Source: an uncultured Bdellovibrionales bacterium
GTDB taxonomy: Bacteria; Patescibacteriota; Minisyncoccia; Moranbacterales; UBA1568
Assembly (NCBI GenBank): GCA_964436855.1
Contig: CAYTED010000008.1
Location: forward strand, 4,158-68,157
Direction: 5' to 3'
Length of the DNA stretch: 64,000 nucleotides
The notes under the pieces were generated by a model. That model ran no database searches. It had not been told where the DNA came from and saw only the letters and a program-made list of their open reading frames with translations. The translations under genes and the position numbers were made by a program. Below, piece by piece: positions 19,631 to 26,817 of this stretch (positions are counted from its first letter, which is position 1; the number at the start of each line of letters is the position of its first letter).

Positions 19631-19831
19631 TTATTCCGCAGACAATTCCTTCTTCACCACTTCGAATTCATTCTCGACTTCCTTGAGGCGAGATTTACTT
19701 TCTTTAATAAGAGCAACGCCTTCTTTTACCTTTTCAAGCGCCTGTTCAACATCGATTTCTTCCTGATGTTCAAACCATTCAGTAATCAACTCTAATTTCT
19801 TCAATGATTCCGACAATGATGCGTTTTTCAT
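19631..19831 (-). CDS. xseB: Exodeoxyribonuclease VII small subunit
   Basis: 66 aa; L.ESLKKLE.I...FE...IDVEQAL...EG..L pattern. Confidence 0.85.
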   Translation of the reverse strand: MKNASLSESLKKLELITEWFEHQEEIDVEQALEKVKEGVALIKESKSRLKEVENEFEVVKKELSAE

Positions 19832-19836
19832 ATGAT

Positions 19837-20835
19837 TTATCCATTTTTCGATTTATAGCCTGACAATTCCTGTTTCAGGGTATATGCATTTCCGTGAGAA
19901 AGCAACCCGATATATGAGGCAAATACCTTTTCATCGACATTCTTCCGAATATTCTGAAACATCTTCTTTTTGGTGATCGTGCGAAGTGTTCGACAATGAG
20001 GAAAGTGCACCCAACCGAGAAAATCCACTCCTGATGCCCATGTCTTTATGAAAATCTTCTTGTCATGGAGCGAAAGCTTCAGTTTTTCCGATAAAAAATG
20101 ATCCAGGTCAACAACAATATCCCGCAAATACTCTCCCTTCTCCGAAAAAATCACGAAATCATCGGCATATCGAATGTAGTGTCGGATTTTCAATTTCCGC
20201 TTCACAAACTGATCAAATTCATTCAGATAAATATTAGAGAAAAGCTGACTTGTCAGGTTCCCGAGAGGAAGTCCAACGCCCTTCATTCCTCTCGTTTCGA
20301 AGCTTCGAATGATCTTTTCCAAAAGAATGAGGATATCCTGATCTTCAATATGTCGCTTGAGAATTTCCAGTAATACGCTGTGCTCTATCGATGCGAAAAA
20401 TTTCCTAATATCACATTTCAATACAAAACATTGCCGAGTATTGTTTTTTGACACTCTTCGCGCGAATACCCGAAAACGATTGATTGCCCTCAGTGCTCCT
20501 TTTTCCTCCCTACAGGAATACGAATCAAATATGAATCGATCATCGAAATATGTTTTCAGAGACCGGTAGATGATATGATGGACGATCCTGTCACGAACTG
20601 CAGCTTTGTGAATATCGCGAGGTTTCGGATCTGAAACCCTGAAAGCCCAATATGATCCATGAGTATATTTCCGACTTTTCAAATCAACCTGCAATACGAA
20701 GAGATTTTCCATAAGACGCATTTCGAACTCCGCAACATCACTCTGTTTACGCTTCCCAGCAACAAATTTCTGCCACGCCGAAAACACGACTTCCAGCGAT
20801 GTGATATCATCATATTTGAGATCCAATTTTTTCAT
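19837..20835 (-). CDS. DGR reverse transcriptase
   Basis: DPKPRDI, RDRIVHH, SYSCR..KG, LKCDIRKFF.SI, GLPLGNLTSQLFSNIYL, YIRYADD and GVDFLG. It is 332 aa with no maturase/endonuclease domain and has an AGGA SD upstream. Confidence 0.95.
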   Translation of the reverse strand: MKKLDLKYDDITSLEVVFSAWQKFVAGKRKQSDVAEFEMRLMENLFVLQVDLKSRKYTHGSYWAFRVSDPKPRDIHKAAVRDRIVHHIIYRSLKTYFDDRFIFDSYSCREEKGALRAINRFRVFARRVSKNNTRQCFVLKCDIRKFFASIEHSVLLEILKRHIEDQDILILLEKIIRSFETRGMKGVGLPLGNLTSQLFSNIYLNEFDQFVKRKLKIRHYIRYADDFVIFSEKGEYLRDIVVDLDHFLSEKLKLSLHDKKIFIKTWASGVDFLGWVHFPHCRTLRTITKKKMFQNIRKNVDEKVFASYIGLLSHGNAYTLKQELSGYKSKNG

Positions 20836-20846
20836 TTTTTATTCCT

Positions 20847-21244
20847 ATGAATACCCCCCCCCTCGGCTTTCCAGTATCAGCGTCAAGATGCTCGCTTTCT
20901 ATACCGAGTGGCATGACATCCTGACGAGACATATCCCGAAGATCGAGCGCTATTCGATCGGCATGCGCATCGACAATCTTTTTTCAGGCATTCTCGAAGA
21001 CATCGCTCTCGCGCAATTTTCCCTTCCTGAATACAAAATCCCTTATATCAAGCGCGCTATCGGAAAGAATGATACGCTCAAATTCATGCTCTATGCGCTT
21101 TTCAATTTGAAAGGCATTGACGAGAAAAAATTCATTTCCCTTTCCGAAAAAACGGAGGAGATCGGTCGCATGCTCTATGGATGGAAATGCAAAATGGAAC
21201 AAAAACCGCCAGAGCGACAGTATTCCGGCGGAAAAAATTTGTGA
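20847..21244 (+). CDS. avd: DGR accessory variability determinant Avd, inverted relative to RT/TR; start ambiguous (in-frame ATG 20888, or ATG 20847 across a C9 tract)
   Basis: IPKIERYSIGMRID and EEIGRMLYGW are typical Avd motifs; located between RT and TR. Confidence 0.85.
21201..21231 (-). terminator. Hairpin plus U-tract just 3' of the TR
   Basis: Minus strand CCGCCGGA-ATACTGTCGC-TCTGGCGG-TTTTT (8-bp stem including one G:U). Confidence 0.55.
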
Positions 21245-21247
21245 GTA

Positions 21248-21371
21248 TCGAGGAGCACAGCACGCTCGTTCGAGTCCCAGTCGTTGTCCAGCCAATTCGC
21301 ATTCCGGTTGAACTTCGAGCCATTCCAGTTCGAGCGAGGCACATTCCAGTGGCCGTCCTTGTCACGCAACA
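21248..21371 (-). repeat. DGR template repeat (TR)
   Basis: Ungapped 124-bp match to 21699-21822. All 15 mismatches are at TR adenines (minus strand); the TR is rich in AAC/AAT codons. Confidence 0.97.
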
Positions 21372-21598
21372 TCGCGGGAAATACCATCCTCTCTATCCAC
21401 TGTCCAGCTCAATCGCGCACAGACTGTATTTCATTCCGTATCTTCAAATACGCGAGCATTTCCCACAGACTCACTTTTCTTTTTTTTCGAAAACGTTTTT
21501 CACTTTCCGTAGGAGATTCCGTTGGAAATTCCGAAAACGCCGTCTCGACACAAGAGGATGCTCCGGCGTACCCGAGCACCCATTCTCTTCTGCCTCTC

Positions 21599-21630
21599 TA
21601 TACTATCATGCGATCCTCAAAAAATTCAAA
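21599..21630 (-). promoter_or_regulatory. Candidate promoter for the TR-containing RNA
   Basis: Minus strand TTGAAT-N18-TAGTAT with an extended -10 TG. Confidence 0.35.
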
Positions 21631-21642
21631 GGGCAAAGGGCA

Positions 21643-21659
21643 ATTCGCCTTTGGCGAAT
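21643..21659. other. DGR target-recognition hairpin/cruciform downstream of the VR
   Basis: Perfect ATTCGCC-TTT-GGCGAAT (7-bp stem, 3-nt loop), 32 bp after the target stop codon. Confidence 0.75.
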
Positions 21660-21691
21660 CAAAGAGCAGATTCAAAATTCAAAAGCAAAGG

Positions 21692-23935
21692 TCATTTCTC
21701 GAGGAGCACAGCACGCTCGTGCGAGCCCCAGTCGCTGTCCAGCCAATGCGCATGCCGGCCGAACCCCGAGCCATCCCAGTACGAGCGAGGCACATACCAG
21801 TGGCCGCCCTCGCCACGCAACACAGAACCAGGGCAGAAGAACCAATTCCCATCCTTGAGTTCCTGTGGTGTTCGATCAGGATTTTCAATCATCCATTTCC
21901 AATATTCGATACCGGGAATATGATGTGTGGCTCCGTAAGTACCAATGATATGCTTCATCACCTCGTACCGCTTCTTTCCGACAAATGCCGAGAGGTCCGG
22001 GATAAATACTTTCGCTCGCTCAAAATCAAGTCCTTGCGTTTCGGGATTGAGAGTGTATTCTCCGATTTTGTTTGCATCGATATCCTGTGAGAGCTGTTCA
22101 TAATCAAGCGCACTCGGGTTTTGAAATGCTGCTTCCTGTTTCGCATTGTTCACGATTTTTTTGCTCCACCACATCTTGAATGTCTCAAAGAGAAAGGGTT
22201 TATTTCCTTCCTTCAGTATCTCGATATCCAGATCCGCTGCTACATCCACTCCTTCCTTATCCACTTCACCACCCAAAAGATCTGCTACTGCACCTTTCAA
22301 ATCAGGAGAGAATTCTTTCATTTCTGCCAATTCTTTCAGTGTTATTATTCTTTCTTTTTTCGATCGTTCGATCGTAGCTTTGATAGCCACATCATCCCTC
22401 CCTTGCTTGAGCGCACTCACATCGAATATATTCTGTGGTAAACCAAGCTCTGCCGGCGTCACCGTTCGGAGAAATCCTTTCAGAGCGAAAATTTTTGCCG
22501 CCAATACGCGATCGCTTTCCGGATATTCCTTGAAGGTGATTCCAGTCTTGATCGCCTGATCAAGAAATTCTACGAATGAATTCCCCGGATTCAATCGCCG
22601 CTCCGTTCCCCATCGCTCCAAGATCGCCTCAACTGTTCCCTGTGTGCCCACAAACTTCTTCAGTCCCGGCTTCTTACCTGAAGCATCCTTCACGCCAATG
22701 AGCTGCGCTGTCGCATTGCGCACCGATGGTTCATAGTATGCAGCCTGAATTTCTTCCATAGCCTCGCAGAATTTCGGCAGCGTCGTTTCGAGATCATAGT
22801 CCGATAGCATGATACTTCCATCGCGATCCATCAATCTTGCCTTCATGATATCAAATGCCTCATCCTTCGGCGTGTAGAGGATTTCGAGATTATTCTGCTC
22901 GAATTCTCGGGCGATTTCCGGCGGGAGATCCTGCCGTTCTGGATTTTTTTCAGACTTCAGATTGGCTGTAAAAATCATCTGGAATCCCGGTTCGATACGA
23001 ACGTCTCCATTTCCTGGGATGTTGATTATATCACCTACCTTCGCATTTGCCACGCCTTTCATAAACACCATAATATCCTTCGGGAGCGCCGTGAATTCAT
23101 CGAATATTACCGTTTTTCCCTCTTTGATCGCTCGCGCCAAAGGACCGTAGATATCCACGGTCTCTATCGCGCCATGCTCGCCCCTGGCACGAATCCTGGT
23201 CTTTCCCCAAATATGTGATTCCCGCGTCTGCGGCGTACAATACACCATCTCAGCGCGCTTGCCAGTAAAGTGTTCAGCAGCATATCGTGCAAGCGAAGTT
23301 TTTCCGGTTCCCGTCGGTCCATGGAGAAACATCGGTTTGCCATGAATTATGCGCTTTCCGATCTCGCTCAGGTACTTCTCTACGGATGGTGTATGAACGA
23401 TATGCCCTTCTTGGAAGAGGTCGCCACGGAAATCCATCAATTCAAACATCCTCCATTCCGTCGGATGATCCTTTTTTACCTCTTTCAGTCGAGCGAGAAG
23501 TTCTGGCTTTGCTTGTCTAATCTTCTCAAGCGACCGATCAAGAGCCATGATCGGCCTTGCAGCCTGCTCACGCAGGCAATATATCTCGAAATTCGTCACA
23601 CCGCGAAAGTCTTTTTCCAAGGAAGCAAACGCCTCATATACTGATCCGATCTGTTTTCTGATCGATTCCTTGTCTATGCGCGCTGAAAGCTTGTCACCTT
23701 CCGATTCCAGTCTCTGTCTCTGCAAAAATTCCTTCGCCTTGGAAAAAGCCAACTTCTCACCTTCGCCTTTTGGAATATGAAATTCTTTCGCCTGCTCATT
23801 GAGATCTGCTTTTGATTCTTGGAGATCGGACCGCAATACATCTGGAACACCCTGATTTCTCGCTTCGCGCAATGCATGACGGACCGTTTTCCGCTCTTCG
23901 GAAATCCGGTGAAAATTTTGTATTGGTTTTTCCAT
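21692..23935 (-). CDS. DGR target: MoxR/AAA_5-type ATPase with an N-terminal helical region and a C-terminal variable (CLec-like) domain
   Basis: Walker A GPTGTGKT, Walker B VIFDEF, FQMIFTAN sensor 1; the VR encodes the last ~42 residues. Confidence 0.9.
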   Translation of the reverse strand: MEKPIQNFHRISEERKTVRHALREARNQGVPDVLRSDLQESKADLNEQAKEFHIPKGEGEKLAFSKAKEFLQRQRLESEGDKLSARIDKESIRKQIGSVYEAFASLEKDFRGVTNFEIYCLREQAARPIMALDRSLEKIRQAKPELLARLKEVKKDHPTEWRMFELMDFRGDLFQEGHIVHTPSVEKYLSEIGKRIIHGKPMFLHGPTGTGKTSLARYAAEHFTGKRAEMVYCTPQTRESHIWGKTRIRARGEHGAIETVDIYGPLARAIKEGKTVIFDEFTALPKDIMVFMKGVANAKVGDIINIPGNGDVRIEPGFQMIFTANLKSEKNPERQDLPPEIAREFEQNNLEILYTPKDEAFDIMKARLMDRDGSIMLSDYDLETTLPKFCEAMEEIQAAYYEPSVRNATAQLIGVKDASGKKPGLKKFVGTQGTVEAILERWGTERRLNPGNSFVEFLDQAIKTGITFKEYPESDRVLAAKIFALKGFLRTVTPAELGLPQNIFDVSALKQGRDDVAIKATIERSKKERIITLKELAEMKEFSPDLKGAVADLLGGEVDKEGVDVAADLDIEILKEGNKPFLFETFKMWWSKKIVNNAKQEAAFQNPSALDYEQLSQDIDANKIGEYTLNPETQGLDFERAKVFIPDLSAFVGKKRYEVMKHIIGTYGATHHIPGIEYWKWMIENPDRTPQELKDGNWFFCPGSVLRGEGGHWYVPRSYWDGSGFGRHAHWLDSDWGSHERAVLLEK
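21699..21822 (-). repeat. DGR variable repeat (VR) at the 3' end of the AAA+ gene
   Basis: VR encodes LRGEGGHWYVPRSYWDGSGFGRHAHWLDSDWGSHERAVLL; TR encodes LRDKDGHWNVPRSNWNGSKFNRNANWLDNDWDSNERAVLL. Confidence 0.97.
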
Positions 23936-23946
23936 AATGTTTGTTT

Positions 23947-24567
23947 TTATTCCTCACTCACACTTATTTTCTTGAGCACGGACTGAATTGTTTCAATATC
24001 CGCTTCGAACCCCGGACGAAATATCACGGATTCCGTATAATCGATATCCTCAAAATATGCGAGTGCCGATCGGAATATCTTTTCATTAAATTCACCTCCG
24101 AATATCTGCTTCGACTTTTCTATTACCTGCTTCAAAGAATACTGTTTTGAAAGAATAAAAAAGAGGTCGACATAATCCTTCCATTTCGATCTCCTTCCAA
24201 GCGCATATGCCTTCATAGCCGAGAGCGTCAACACATCCGCAATATGTATCGTGCCATCAAGAGCGATATCCGCTTTGAAAGGGAATGGGTATGACAAAAA
24301 AGTCATCTTCACTCCTTTTACGACCACCGTATATTCACTATTATTTTTTACCAGCACTATGAAGTTCCGGTCTACTTCGGAAATCTTTTTCCGAAGATCA
24401 GCAACATCCAGCTCCCCATTGGTAAACAGATCAAAATCGATCGATTCGCGATGACCAAGCTGCAATGCGATAGCCGTTCCGCCACACAACGTAAAATCCT
24501 TCTCCATCTTTCTTAGAAGTGGCAACAGTGCTTGCTGCGAAGGGGAGAGTATTTCTTTATGCAGCAT
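23947..24567 (-). CDS. AbiEii/AbiGii-family nucleotidyltransferase toxin
   Basis: LCGGTAIALQLGHRESIDFDLF and MKAYALGRRSKWKDYVDLF. Confidence 0.88.
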   Translation of the reverse strand: MLHKEILSPSQQALLPLLRKMEKDFTLCGGTAIALQLGHRESIDFDLFTNGELDVADLRKKISEVDRNFIVLVKNNSEYTVVVKGVKMTFLSYPFPFKADIALDGTIHIADVLTLSAMKAYALGRRSKWKDYVDLFFILSKQYSLKQVIEKSKQIFGGEFNEKIFRSALAYFEDIDYTESVIFRPGFEADIETIQSVLKKISVSEE

Positions 24568-24826
24568 AGCGATTGAAATAGAGCTGAAAAAAATTCTTTA
24601 TTTCCGGTCGATAATTCGTCCTCTGCATATCTGAACGCTTTCTGAAATCTTCTGCAACCTTTTCTTTTCCCAAAATAGAGATCAATCCCTGCACATCCTC
24701 CCATGTTCCATAATTGAGAACGTGTTCTACAATAGACTCTTCCGACAATCGCGCTACATCTGCAACATACCAGACAAGGTATGATCTCTTTTCAATAAAA
24801 TCTCGGAGTTTTTCCTGTTGATTCAT
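24557..24826 (-). CDS. Small putative antitoxin partner of AbiEii (DUF6922-like)
   Basis: 89 aa; LVWYV...SIVEHVLNYGTWEDV; overlaps the toxin start. Confidence 0.7.
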   Translation of the reverse strand: MNQQEKLRDFIEKRSYLVWYVADVARLSEESIVEHVLNYGTWEDVQGLISILGKEKVAEDFRKRSDMQRTNYRPEIKNFFQLYFNRYAA

Positions 24827-24888
24827 AATGAATAAGTATCAGAGTACCCTTATTTTAACACAAAAATACCCTTTCTACAAGCCGAAAA

Positions 24889-26808
24889 CTATACATCAGC
24901 AAGATGTTCTTGCAATACATCTGCAAGAATGTTTGGGAGTTTTTCTGCTGTTTCCGCAAGCTTGGCCTCTGGAGCATAGGTTGTCAGGGCTGGCTTGCCA
25001 TCTCTCGTAATGCCGATACCGATAACGATCACCCTTTGCTTTCTCAAGGTTTTCAATACTCTCTCAACGCGCGATGGATCATCACTCTCTCCATCCGTAA
25101 AGATAATGACGATCTTTTTCAGTTCTCCTTCCGTTATTAAATATTCCCTATCCTGATCAATGCTGCGTGCGATGGTTTCAAGCGGCACAAAATCAGTCGT
25201 TGATCCGGAACACGTTCCGATTTTCGCTGCTGTTTCGATTCGTTCTTTTTCCGAAAGATCATTCGAGAGACTCTTCAAAGGAATACTATCTTCCGAAGAT
25301 GACTGAAAGGAAAATATTTCCGAACATATCTCCAGCGGCTTTTCCAGGTCATATGATGATTCCTTGGCAAGATCGGAAAATTCCTTGAGTGCTTCCATAA
25401 ACAAAATAACCGCCTTCTGCTGCTCGAGTTTCTTTTTCCCTTCCATAGATGTCGAGCGGTCGCATACGAGCGTGATTTCCACTCTCCCGAAGCGTTTTCC
25501 TTTTTGGATTCGGATATCATGCGTCTCCCATGCTTTCGGCTCGAAATCTCCCGCTTTCGCCCGCACTACAAGCTCGACCGGGTCCACCAAGTCCTCACCC
25601 TCCTCCACTGGATAGCGGGGCGCCGGAACTTCTTTTCTTCGCCTTGAAATAATCCGGGAAATCAGTTCCCGCAAGTCTTCAATAACACTCCGATTCGTCT
25701 CCGGATTGATGATTTTTCTCATTGCATCTGCGATAGATCGATACCGCTTCAGATCTTCTTTTTTCACTCCGAGTTTTTCTGCATATTCCTTGTCCGCCCG
25801 GTCGAGCGGATCACCCTGCGCTTCCTGCCACTTCTTGAATGCCTCCTGCTCTTTCTCTACTGGAACAGCATTTGGAACGCGCTTGTCGGCACGGTCATAT
25901 GCCTCTTTGAATGTCTCGTTCGGATTCTTTTTTTCTTTGCTGTTTTTCTCTTTTCCGAATTTTTCTTGCTTCTGTCCTGAAGGAGAAGACTGCGACGACT
26001 CGCCTTGCTCTCCTTCTTTTTTATCATCACTTGATTTTCCATCTTTTCCTTTCTCGTCTTGCCTTTCTTCTTCCTCCTCATCCTTCTTGAGCAATGCTTC
26101 CACCTTCGGCCAGACGTATCTGTCCTGTAATTTCAAACGAACAGACATCGGAGTGCCAGGATCCGCCATAATCTGAAAGAGTGATCTACCATCCTTTGCG
26201 CGTATATTTTTCAATTCATCGATCGCTTCGCGCACTTCTGGAGCAACCACACATGTCTCATCCAGCACTCTTGCCTCACGAAGAATCGCTTGTGGAAGCT
26301 GCAAATGCTTCGGCTCTCCTGAGAGATCAACATTCGGAAAAAGATCCGTGCGATACATATCTTTTTCAATCGCCGCGTATCCTTCGTCTGTTCTTCGTAT
26401 CACCGTTGTATTTTCTCGGATATCCGCGATGCAGTTATCCATCACAGAATATGCTTTCGATGCTGTGATACGTGAAAGATAATTCTGGTACACCTTCTCG
26501 CCACCCTCTTCGGCAAGAAGTTGTTTTTTCTCAAGGAAATGCTCAATCTCATGCAAGGATGCATAGGTCGTTTTCTCATCGGACAATCCTTTTTCCTTGT
26601 AGAATCGCGCATTAAGATAGATATCGTCTGTCTCAAGATCGAACGCGAAAGTATTCAGATTCGCCGGAGCTGGCTTCACATTCACCCTTCCTCTCGCATA
26701 GTGTTCGAACACATCGCGATTCGCTTCGAAATGACGTAAGGCTTCTTCGTGTTCCGATTGATGAACCTCTTTCGGATTGTTCGGTATAGTGAAAATTTTC
26801 TCTCCCAT
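24889..26808 (-). CDS. VWA-domain protein with an N-terminal HExxH metallopeptidase-like domain (MoxR partner type)
   Basis: LHEIEH, then a low-complexity acidic/basic linker, MIDAS DRSTS, IFTDGE and VIGIGI. Confidence 0.85.
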   Translation of the reverse strand: MGEKIFTIPNNPKEVHQSEHEEALRHFEANRDVFEHYARGRVNVKPAPANLNTFAFDLETDDIYLNARFYKEKGLSDEKTTYASLHEIEHFLEKKQLLAEEGGEKVYQNYLSRITASKAYSVMDNCIADIRENTTVIRRTDEGYAAIEKDMYRTDLFPNVDLSGEPKHLQLPQAILREARVLDETCVVAPEVREAIDELKNIRAKDGRSLFQIMADPGTPMSVRLKLQDRYVWPKVEALLKKDEEEEERQDEKGKDGKSSDDKKEGEQGESSQSSPSGQKQEKFGKEKNSKEKKNPNETFKEAYDRADKRVPNAVPVEKEQEAFKKWQEAQGDPLDRADKEYAEKLGVKKEDLKRYRSIADAMRKIINPETNRSVIEDLRELISRIISRRRKEVPAPRYPVEEGEDLVDPVELVVRAKAGDFEPKAWETHDIRIQKGKRFGRVEITLVCDRSTSMEGKKKLEQQKAVILFMEALKEFSDLAKESSYDLEKPLEICSEIFSFQSSSEDSIPLKSLSNDLSEKERIETAAKIGTCSGSTTDFVPLETIARSIDQDREYLITEGELKKIVIIFTDGESDDPSRVERVLKTLRKQRVIVIGIGITRDGKPALTTYAPEAKLAETAEKLPNILADVLQEHLADV

Positions 26809-26817
26809 ACTTTCTTT

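Noticed and set aside
19837-20835. RT as a group II intron, retron or CRISPR-associated RT
   Set aside because: It is short, has no maturase/endonuclease domain and no retron VTG motif, and an adjacent Avd plus an adenine-specific TR/VR pair identify it as a DGR RT.
21175-21387. 70-aa ORF resembling the ATPase C-terminus (gene duplication or pseudogene)
   Set aside because: It is simply the TR read in the target frame; differences occur only at adenines.
21181-22090. Long plus-strand ORFs (225 aa, 268 aa) spanning TR and VR
   Set aside because: These are antisense shadows with no protein-like motifs; their internal repeat is just the TR/VR pair.
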